From Utricularia gibba (taxonomy: Eukaryota > Plantae > Magnoliophyta), in NCBI GenBank assembly GCA_002189035.1, contig NEEC01000107.1, forward strand, positions 62,001 through 126,000: 64,000 nucleotides of DNA, written 5' to 3'. A program made the position numbers and the translations under genes. Positions 14,701 to 24,800 of this stretch are shown piece after piece. Position 1 is the first letter of the stretch. Every line of letters begins with the position of its first letter. The notes under the pieces were generated by a model that worked only from the letters and a program-made list of their open reading frames with translations, had not been told where the DNA came from and did not search any database.

Positions 14701-15584
14701 CACTTTTTTGCCGGGCTACAAATGACTATGGGCCGAGCCCGACCCGACCTCCGCCCGATCCTGGTGCCCCTCGAGAGCGCCTCCTCAAATATAAAGCTTG
14801 TGGACAGAAAACCATTTGGGGTGCTCATGACATCCTAACTTCAAAAAATGCATCACGATTTTCGTCGAATAGGACCCGATTGGGCTCAGGAGTCGAACGA
14901 ACCTTGGGTCGGATGAACTTCCCAACGAAAGCACCCACCAAAAACGACAAGCTTTTCCTTCAGAAACCATGTAGGCAGCTGCCGAAAACCCAACGTTAAT
15001 AAATGGATCACTTTTTTGCCGGGCTACAAATGACTATGGGCCCGAGCGACCCGACCTCCGGCCCGATCCTGTGCCCCTCGAGAGCGCCTCCTCAAATATA
15101 AAGCTTGTGGAGAAAACCATTTGGGGTGCTCATGACATCCTAACTTCAATAAATGCATCACGATTTTCGTCGAATAGGACCCGATTGGGCTCAGGAGTCG
15201 AACCGAACCTTGGGTCCGGATGAATTCCAACAAAAGCACCCACCAAAAACGACAAGCTTTTCCTTCAGAAACCATGTAGGCAGCTGCCGAAAACCCAACG
15301 TTAATAAATGGATCACTTTTTTTGCCGGGCTACAAATGACTATGGGCCCGAGCGACCGACCTCCGGCCGATCCTGTGCCCCTCGAGAGCGCCTCCTCAAA
15401 TATAAAGCTTGTGGGAGAAAACCATTTGGGGTGCTCATGACATCCTAACTTCAAAAAATGCATCACGATTTTCGTCGAATAGGACCCGATTGGGCTCAGG
15501 AGTCGAACCGAACCTTGGGTCCGGACGAACTCCCAACAAAGCACCCACCCAAAAACGACAAGCTTTTCCTTCAGAAACCATGTA

Positions 15585-15594
15585 GGCAGCTGCC
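15585..15594. other. Perfect 10-bp palindrome GGCAGCTGCC (nearly invariant in all monomers; example copy)
   Basis: Read directly from the sequence; it is its own reverse complement. Confidence 0.9.
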
Positions 15595-15651
15595 GAAAAC
15601 CCAACGTTAATAAATGGATCACTTTTTTGCCGGGCTACAAATGACTATGGG

Positions 15652-15691
15652 CCCGAGCCCGACCCGACCTCCGGCCCGATCCTGGTGCCCC
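15652..15691 (-). other. Relaxed G-quadruplex motif on the minus strand / i-motif on the plus strand (example copy)
   Basis: Plus strand CCC-GAG-CCC-GA-CCC-GACCTCCGG-CCC-GATCCTGGTG-CCCC gives five runs of three or more C, with loops of 3, 2, 9 and 10 nt. It fits G3+N1-12 but not the strict N1-7 pattern. Confidence 0.4.
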
Positions 15692-15714
15692 TCGAGAGCG
15701 CCTCCTCAAATATA

Positions 15715-15873
15715 AAGCTTGTGGATGAGAAAACCATTTGGGGTGCTCATGACATCCTAACTTCAAAAAATGCATCACGATTTTCGTCGAATAGGACCCG
15801 ATTGGGCTCAGGAGTCGAACCGAACCTTGGGTCCGGATGAACTTCCCAACGAAAGCACCCACCCAAAAACGAC
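15715..15873 (+). repeat. Subunit A (159 bp) of the dimeric monomer; self-complementary ends
   Basis: Starts AAGCTTGTGG(A/T)TGAGAAAACCATTTGGGGTGCTCATGACATCCTAACTTCAA(A/T)AAATGCATCACGATTTT. It is a paralogue of subunit B and contains the nested inverted repeats and the B-box. Confidence 0.85.
15811..15821 (-). promoter_or_regulatory. RNA polymerase III B-box consensus match GGTTCGACTCC (one per intact monomer; example copy). Function unproven
   Basis: Plus-strand GGAGTCGAACC is the reverse complement of GGTTCGACTCC, an exact match to the tRNA-type B-box GGTTCGANTCC. I found no acceptable A-box (TRGYNNANNNG) upstream. Confidence 0.35.
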
Positions 15874-18800
15874 AAGCTTTTCCTTCAGAAACCATGTAGG
15901 CAGCTGCCGAAAACCCAACGTTAATAAATGGATCACTTTTTTGCCGGGCTACAAATGACTATGGGCCCGAGCCCGACCCGACTCCGGCCCGATCCTGGTG
16001 CCCCTCGAGAGCGCCTCCTCAATATAAAGCTTGTGGATGAGAAAACCATTTGGGGTGCTCATGACATCCTAACTTCAATAAATGCATCACGATTTTCGTC
16101 GAATAGGACCCGATTGGGCTCAGGAGTCGAACCGAACCTTGGGTCCGGACGAACTTCCAACAAAGCACCCACCCAAAAACGACAAGCTTTTCCTTCAGAA
16201 ACCATGTAGGCAGCTGCCGAAAACCCAACGTTAATAAATGGATCACTTTTTTGCCGGGCTACAAATGACTATGGGCCCGAGCCCGACCCGACCTCCGGCC
16301 CGATCCTGGTGCCCCTCGAGAGCGCCTCCTCAAATATAAAGCTTGTGGAGAAAACCATTTGGGGTGCTCATGACATCCTAACTTCAAAAAATGCATCACG
16401 ATTTTCGTCGAATAGGACCCATTGGGCTCAGGAGTCGAACCGAACCTTGGGTCCGGATGAACTTCCCAACGAAAGCACCCACCCAAAAACGACAAGCTTT
16501 TCCTTCAGAAACAATGTAGGCAGCTGCCGAAAACCCAACGTTAATAAATGGATCACTTTTTTGCCGGGCTACAAATGACTATGGGCCCGAGCCCGACCGA
16601 CCTCCGGCCGATCCTGTGCCCCTCGAGAGCGCCTCCTCAAATATAAAGCTTGTGGATGAGAAAACCATTTGGGGTGCTCATGACATCCTAACTTCAAAAA
16701 ATGCATCACGATTTTCGTCGAATAGGACCCATTGGGCTCAGGAGTCGAACCGAACCTTGGGTCCGGATGAACTTCCCAACAAAAAGCACCCACCCAAAAA
16801 CGACAAGCTTTTCCTTCAGAAACCATGTAGGCAGCTGCCGAAAACCCAACGTTAATAAATGGATCACTTTTTTTGCCGGGCTACAAATGACTATGGGCCC
16901 GAGCCCGACCGACCTCCGGCCCGATCCTGTGCCCCTCGAGAGCGCCTCCTCAAATAAAAGCTTGTGGTTGAGAAAACCATTTGGGGTGCTCATGACATCC
17001 TAACTTCAAAAAATGCATCACGATTTTCGTCGAATAGGACCCGATTGGGCTCAGGAGTCGAACCGAACCTTGGGTCCGGACGAATTCCAACAAAGCACCC
17101 ACCCAAAAACGACAAGCTTTTCCTTCAAAAATGTAGGCAGCTGCCGAAAACCCAACGTTAATAAATGGATCACTTTTTTGCCGGGCTACAAATGACTATG
17201 GGCCGAGCCCGACCCGACCTCCGGCCCGATCCTGGTGCCCCTCGAGAGCGCCTCCTCAAATATAAAGCTTGTGGAAAGAAAACCATTTGGGGTGCTCATG
17301 ACATCCTAACTTCAAAAATGCATCACGATTTTCGTCGAATAGGACCCGATTGGGCTCAGGAGTCGAACAGAACCTTGGGTCCGGATGAACTTCCCAACGA
17401 AAGCACCCACCCAAAAACGACAAGCTTTTCCTTCAGAAACCATGTAGGCAGCTGCCGAAAACCCAACGTTAATAAATGGATCACTTTTTGCCGGGCTACA
17501 AATGACTATGGGCCCGAGCCCGACCGACCTCCGGCCCGATCCTAGTGCCCCTCGAGAGCGCCTCCTCAAATATAAAGCTTGTGGAGAAAACCATTTGGGG
17601 TGCTCATGACATCCTAACTTCAAAAATGCATCACGATTTTCGTCGAATAGGACCCGATTGGGCTCAGGAGTCGAACCGAACCTTGGGTCCGGATGAATTC
17701 CCAACGCACCCCCCAAAAACGACAAGCTTTTCCTTCAGAAACATGTAGGCAGCTGCCGAAAACCCAACGTTAATAAATGGATCACTTTTTTTGCCGGGCT
17801 ACAAATGACTATGGGCCGAGCGAGACCTCCGGCCCGATCCTAGTGCCCCTCGAGAGCGCCTCCTCAAATATAAAGCTTGTGGTTGAGAAAACCATTTGGG
17901 GTGCTCATGACATCCTAACTTCAAAAAATGCATCACGATTTTCGTCGAATAGGACCCGATTGGGCTCAGGAGTCGAACCGAACCTTGGGTCCGGACGAAC
18001 TTCCCAACAAAGCACCCACCCAAAAACGACAAGCTTTTCCTTCAGAAACCATGTAGGCAGCTGCCGAAAACCCAACGTTAATAAATGGATCACTTTTTTG
18101 CCGGGCTACAAATGACTATGGGCCCGAGCCCGACCCGACCTCCGGCCCGATCCTGGTGCCCCTCGAGAGCGCCTCCTCAAATATAAAGCTTGTGGAGAAA
18201 ACCATTTGGGGTGCTCATGACATCCTAACTTCAAAAAATGCATCACGATTTTCGTCGAATAGGACCCGATTGGGCTCAGGAGTCGAACCGAACCTTGGGT
18301 CCGGATGAACTTCCCAACGAAAGCACCCACCAAAAACGACAAGCTTTTCCTTCAGAAACAATGTAGGCAGCTGCCGAAAACCCAACGTTAATAAATGGAT
18401 CATTTTTTTGCCGGGCTACAAATGACTATGGGCCCGAGCCCGACCGACCTCCGGCCCGATCCTGGTGCCCCTCGAGAGCGCCTCCTCAAATATAAAGCTT
18501 GTGGAGAGAAAACCATTTGGGGTGCTCATGACATCCTAACTTCAATAAATGCATCACGATTTTCGTCGAATAGGACCCGATTGGGCTCAGGAGTCGAACC
18601 GAACCTTGGGTCCGGAACTTCCCAACAAAGCACCCACCAAAAACGACAAGCTTTTCCTTCAGAACCATGTAGGCAGCTGCCGAAAACCCAACGTTAATAA
18701 ATGGATCACTTTTTTGCCGGGCTACAAATGACTATGGGCCGAGCCCGACCGACCTCCGGCCCGATCCTGGTGCCCCTCGAGCGCCTCCTCAAATATAAAG

Positions 18801-21800
18801 CTTGTGGAAAGAAACCATTTGGGGTGCTCATGACATCCTAACTTCAAAAATGCATCACGATTTTCGTCGAATAGGACCCGATTGGGCTCAGGAGTCGAAG
18901 AACCTTGGGTCCGGACGAACTTCCCAACGAAAGCACCACCCAAAAACGACAAGCTTTTCCTTCAGAAACAATGTAGGCAGCTGCCGAAAACCCAACGTTA
19001 ATAAATGGATCACTTTTTTTGCCGGGCTACAAATGACTATGGGCCCGAGCCCGACCGACCTCCGGCCCGATCCTGTGCCCCTCGAGAGCGCCTCCTCAAA
19101 TATAAAGCTTGTGGATGAGAAAACCATTTGGGGTGCTCATGACATCCTAACTTCAAAAAATGCATCACGATTTTCGTCGAATAGGACCCGATTGGGCTCA
19201 GGAGTCGAACCGAACCTTGGGTCCGGACGAATTCCCAACGAAAGCACCCACCAAAAACGACAAGCTTTTCCTTCAGAAACCATGTAGGCAGCTGCCGAAA
19301 ACCCAACGTTAATAAATGGATCACTTTTTTTGCCGGGCTACAAATGACTATGGGCCCGAGCCGACCGACCTCCGGCCCGATCCTGTGCCCCTCGAGAGCC
19401 TCCTCAAATAAAAAAGCTGTGGTTGAGAAAACCATTTGGGGTGCTCATGACATCCTAACTTCAAAAATGCATCACGATTTTCGTCGAATAGGACCCGATT
19501 GGGCTCAGGAGTCGAACCGAACCTTGGGTCCGGACGAACTTCCAACAAAGCACCCACCCAAAAACGACAAGCTTTTCCTTCAGAAACCATGTAGGCAGCT
19601 GCCGAAAACCCAACGTTAATAAATGGATCACTTTTTTTGCCGGGCTACAAATGACTATGGGCCGAGCCCGACCGACCTCCGGCCCGATCCTGGTGCCCTC
19701 GAGAGCGCCTCCTCAAATATAAAGCTTGTGGATGAGAAAACCATTTGGGGTGCTCATGACATCCTAACTTCAAAAATGCATCACGATTTTCGTCGAATAG
19801 GACCCGATTGGGCTCAGGAGTCGAACCGAACCTTGGGTCCGGATGAACTTCCCAACGAAAGCACCCACCCAAAAACGACAAGCTTTTCCTTCAGAAACAT
19901 GTAGGCAGCTGCCGAAAACCCAACGTTAATAAATGGATCACTTTTTTGCCGGGCTACAAATGACTATGGGCCCGAGCCCGACCCGACCTCCGGCCCGATC
20001 CTGGTGCCCCTCGAGAGCGCCTCCTCAAATATAAAGCTTGTGGAAAGAAAACCATTTGGGGTGCTCATGACATCCTAACTTCAAAAAAATGCATCACGAT
20101 TTTCGTCGAATAGGACCCGATTGGGCTCAGGAGTCGAACCGAACCTTGGGTCCGGACGAACTTCCCAACAAAAAGCACCCACCCAAAAACGACAAGCTTT
20201 TCCTTCAGAAACCATGTAGGCAGCTGCCGAAAACCCAACGTTAATAATGGATCACTTTTTTGCCGGGCTACAAATGACTATGGGCCCGAGCGAGACCTCC
20301 GGCCCGATCCTGTGCCCCTCGAGAGCGCCTCCTCAAATAAAAAGCTTGTGGTTGAGAAAACCATTTGGGGTGCTCATGACATCCTAACTTCAATAAATGC
20401 ATCACGATTTTCGTCGAATAGGACCCGATTGGGCTCAGGAGTCGAACCGAACCTTGGGTCCGGACGAACTTCCCAACAAAGCACCCACCCAAAAACGACA
20501 AGCTTTTCCTTCAGAAACCATGTAGGCAGCTGCCGAAAACCCAACGTTAATAAATGGATCACTTTTTTGCCGGGCTACAAATGACTATGGGCCGAGCCCG
20601 ACCCGACCTCCGGCCCGATCCTGGTGCCCCTCGAGAGCGCCTCCTCAAATATAAAGCTTGTGGAGAAAACCATTTGGGGTGCTCATGACATCCTAACTTC
20701 AAAAAATGCATCACGATTTTCGTCGAATAGGACCCGATTGGGCTCAGGAGTCGAACAGAACCTTGGGTCCGGATGAACTTCCCAACGAAAGCACCCACCC
20801 AAAAACGACAAGCTTTTCCTTCAGAAACCATGTAGGCAGCTGCCGAAAACCCAACGTTAATAAATGGATCACTTTTTTGCCGGGCTACAATGACTATGGG
20901 CCGAGCCCGACCGACCTCCGGCCCGATCCTGTGCCCCTCGAGAGCGCCTCCTCAAATATAAAGCTTGTGGAGAAAACCATTTGGGGTGCTCATGACATCC
21001 TAACTTCAAAAAATGCATCACGATTTTCGTCGAATAGGACCCGATTGGGCTCAGGAGTCGAACCGAACCTTGGGTCCGGATGAACTTCCCAACGAAAGCA
21101 CCCACCCAAAACGACAAGCTTTTCCTTCAGAAACCATGTAGGCAGCTGCCGAAAACCCAACGTTAATAAATGGATCACTTTTTTTGCCGGGCTACAAATG
21201 ACTATGGGCCCGAGCCGACCCGACCTCCGGCCCGATCCTGTGCCCCTCGAGAGCGCCTCCTCAAATAAAAGCTGTGGTTGAGAAAACCATTTGGGGTGCT
21301 CATGACATCCTAACTTCAAAAAATGCATCACGATTTTCGTCGAATAGGACCCGATTGGGCTCAGGAGTCGAACCGAACCTTGGGTCCGGACGAACTTCCC
21401 AACAAAGCACCCACCCAAAAACGACAAGCTTTTCCTTCAGAAACCATGTAGGCAGCTGCCGAAAACCCAACGTTAATAAATGGATCACTTTTTTGCCGGG
21501 CTACAAATGACTATGGGCCGAGCCGACCTGACCTCCGGCCCGATCCTGTGCCCCTCGAGAGCGCCTCCTCAAATATAAAGCTTGTGGAAGAAAACCATTT
21601 GGGGTGCTCATGACATCCTAACTTCAAAAAATGCATCACGATTTTCGTCGAATAGGACCCGATTGGGCTCAGGAGTCGAACCGAACCTTGGGTCCGGACG
21701 AACTTCCCAACGAAAGCACCCACCCAAAAACGACAAGCTTTTCCTTCAGAACAATGTAGGCAGCTGCCGAAAACCCAACGTTAATAAATGGATCACTTTT

Positions 21801-24800
21801 TTTGCCGGGCTACAAATGACTATGGGCCCGAGCCGACCCGACCTCCGGCCCGATCCTGGTGCCCCTCGAGAGCGCCTCCTCAAATAAAGCTTGTGGATGA
21901 GAAAACCATTTGGGGTGCTCATGACATCCTAACTTCAATAAATGCATCACGATTTTCGTCGAATAGGACCCGATTGGGCTCAGGAGTCGAACCGAACCTT
22001 GGGTCCGGACGAACTTCCCAACAAGCACCCACCCAAAAACGACAAGCTTTTCCTTCAGAAACATGTAGGCAGCTGCCGAAAACCCAACGTTAATAAATGG
22101 ATCACTTTTTTTGCCGGGCTACAAATGACTATGGGCCGAGCCCGACCCACCTCCGGCCCGATCCTGGTGCCCCTCGAGAGCGCCTCCTCAAATATAAAGC
22201 TTGTGGAGAAAACCATTTGGGGTGCTCATGACATCCTAACTTCAATAAAATGCATCACGATTTTCGTCGAATAGGACCCGATTGGGCTCAGGAGTCGAAC
22301 CGAACCTTGGGTCGGACGAACTTCCCAACGAAAGCACCCACCCAAAAACGACAAGCTTTTCCTTCAGAAACCATGTAGGCAGCTGCCGAAAACCCAACGT
22401 TAATAAATGGATCACTTTTTTTGCCGGGCTACAAATGACTATGGGCCGAGCCCGACCCGACCTCCGGCCCGATCCTGGTGCCCCTCGAGAGCGCCTCCTC
22501 AAATATAAAGCTTGTGGAGAAAACCATTTGGGGTGCTCATGACATCCTAACTTCAAAAAATGCATCACGATTTTCGTCGAATAGGACCCGATTGGGCTCA
22601 GGAGTCGAACCGAACCTTGGGTCCGGATGAACTTCCCAACGAAAGCACCCACCCAAAAACGACAAGCTTTTCCTTCAGAAACCATGTAGGCAGCTGCCGA
22701 AAACCCAACGTTAATAAATGGATCACTTTTTTGCCGGGCTACAAATGACTATGGGCCGAGCCGACCGACCTCCGGCCCGATCCTGGTGCCCCTCGAGAGC
22801 GCCTCCTCAAATATAAAGCTTGTGGGAAAACCATTTGGGGTGCTCATGACATCCTAACTTCAAAAAATGCATCACGATTTTCGTCGAATAGGACCCGATT
22901 GGGCTCAGGAGTCGAACCGAACCTTGGGTCCGGACGAACTTCCCAACGAAAGCACCCACCCAAAAACGACAAGCTTTTCCTTCAGAAACAATGTAGGCAG
23001 CTGCCGAAAACCCAACGTTAATAAATGGATCACTTTTTTTGCCGGGCTACAAATGACTATGGGCCCGAGCCGACCCGACCTCCGGCCCGATCCTAGTGCC
23101 CCTCGAGAGCGCCTCCTCAAATATAAAGCTTGTGGAGAGAAACCATTTGGGGTGCTCATGACATCCTAACTTCAAAAATGCATCACGATTTTCGTCGAAT
23201 AGGACCCGATTGGGCTCAGGAGTCGAACCGAACCTTGGGTCCGGACGAACTTCCCAACAAAGCACCCACCCAAAAACGACAAGCTTTTCCTTCAGAAAAC
23301 ATGTAGGCAGCTGCCGAAAACCCAACGTTAATAAATGGATCACTTTTTTTGCCGGGCTACAAATGACTATGGGCCGAGCCCGACCCGACCTCCGGCCCGA
23401 TCCTGGTGCCCCTCGAGAGCGCCTCCTCAAATATAAAGCTTGTGGAAAGAAAACCATTTGGGGTGCTCATGACATCCTAACTTCAAAAATGCATCACGAT
23501 TTTCGTCGAATAGGACCCGATTGGGCTCAGGAGTCGAACCGAACCTTGGGTCCGGATGAACTTCCCAACGAAAGCACCCACCCAAAAACAAGCTTTTCCT
23601 TCAGAAACCATGTAGGCAGCTGCCGAAAACCCAACGTTAATAAATGGATCACTTTTTTTGCCGGGCTACAAATGACTATGGGCCCGAGCCCGACCGACCT
23701 CCGGCCCGATCCTGTGCCCCTCGAGAGCGCCTCCTCAAATATAAAGCTTGTGGACAAGAAAACCATTTGGGGTGCTCATGAATCCTAACTTCAAAAAATG
23801 CATCACGATTTTCGTCGAATAGGACCCGATTGGGCTCAGGAGTCGAACCGAACCTTGGGTCCGGATGAACTTCCCAAAAAGCACCCACCCAAAAACGACA
23901 AGCTTTTCCTTCAGAAACCATGTAGGCAGCTGCCGAAAACCCAACGTTAATAAATGGATCACTTTTTTTGCCGGGCTACAAATGACTATGGGCCCGAGCG
24001 AGACCTCCGCCCCGATCCTGTGCCCCTCGAGAGCGCCTCCTCAAATAAAAGCTTGTGTTGAGAAAACCATTTGGGGTGCTCATGACATCCTAACTTCAAA
24101 AATGCATCACGATTTTCGTCGAATAGGACCCGATTGGGCTCAGGAGTCGAACCGAACCTTGGGTCCGGACGAACTTCCCAACAAAGCACCCACCCAAAAA
24201 CGACAAGCTTTTCCTTCAGAAACCATGTAGGCAGCTGCCGAAAACCCAACGTTAATAAATGGATCACTTTTTTTGCCGGGCTACAAATGACTATGGGCCC
24301 GAGCCCGACCCGACCTCCGGCCCGATCCTGGTGCCCCTCGAGAGCGCCTCCTCAAATATAAAGCTTGTGGAAAAAAACCATTTGGGTGCTCATGACATCC
24401 TAACTTCAAAAAATGCATCACGATTTTCGTCGAATAGGACCCGATTGGGCTCAGGAGTCGAACCGAACCTTGGGTCCGGATGAACTTCCCAACGAAAGCA
24501 CCCACCCAAAAACGACAAGCTTTTCCTTCAGAAACAATGTAGGCAGCTGCCGAAAACCCAACGTTAATAAATGGATCACTTTTTTGCCGGGCTACAAATG
24601 ACTATGGGCCCGAGCCGACCGACCTCCGGCCCGATCCTGGTGCCCCTCGAGAGCGCCTCCTCAAATATAAAGCTTGTGGAGAAAACCATTTGGGGTGCTC
24701 ATGACATCCTAACTTCAAAAAATGCATCACGATTTTCGTCGAATAGGACCCGATTGGGCTCAGGAGTCGAACCGAACCTTGGGTCCGGACGAACTTCCAA

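Larger units (their letters stand above)
15560..15714 (+). repeat. Subunit B (155 bp) of the dimeric monomer
   Basis: Starts AAGCTTTTCCTTCAGAAACCATGTAGGCAGCTGCCGAAAACCCAACGTTAATAAATGGATCACTTTTTT. It aligns co-linearly with subunit A: 50 of the first 70 positions are identical by manual count against the GTTGAG/AATAAA form of A. Confidence 0.85.
15560..15873 (+). repeat. Representative full-length monomer (314 bp, HindIII to next-but-one HindIII)
   Basis: AAGCTT occurs at 15560, 15715 and 15874. The unit carries single XhoI (CTCGAG), NsiI (ATGCAT), BspHI (TCATGA), PvuII (CAGCTG), AclI (AACGTT), ApaI (GGGCCC) and BspEI (TCCGGA) sites, plus two HindIII sites. Confidence 0.95.

Noticed and set aside
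15737-15744. Telomere-like TTTGGGGT in each monomer
   Set aside because: It is a single short occurrence per unit, never tandem, and the paralogous position in subunit B (TGTAGGCA) is not telomere-like.
15838-15854. CENP-B-box-like string on the minus strand (TTTCGTTGGGAAGTTCA vs CTTCGTTGGAAACGGGA)
   Set aside because: It matches 11/17 positions, but the essential A and the CGGG half of the binding consensus are missing.
15560-15873. Assignment to a named family (e.g. the ~313-bp Silene latifolia subtelomeric X43.1/SacI satellite, recalled only as similar in length)
   Set aside because: Length similarity alone is not evidence, the consensus here has no SacI site (GAGCTC), and I cannot run the BLAST that would decide it.
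15560-15873. 10-bp phased A-tracts (intrinsic curvature)
   Set aside because: A/T tracts are present, but their spacing is irregular by eye and I cannot support phasing without computation.
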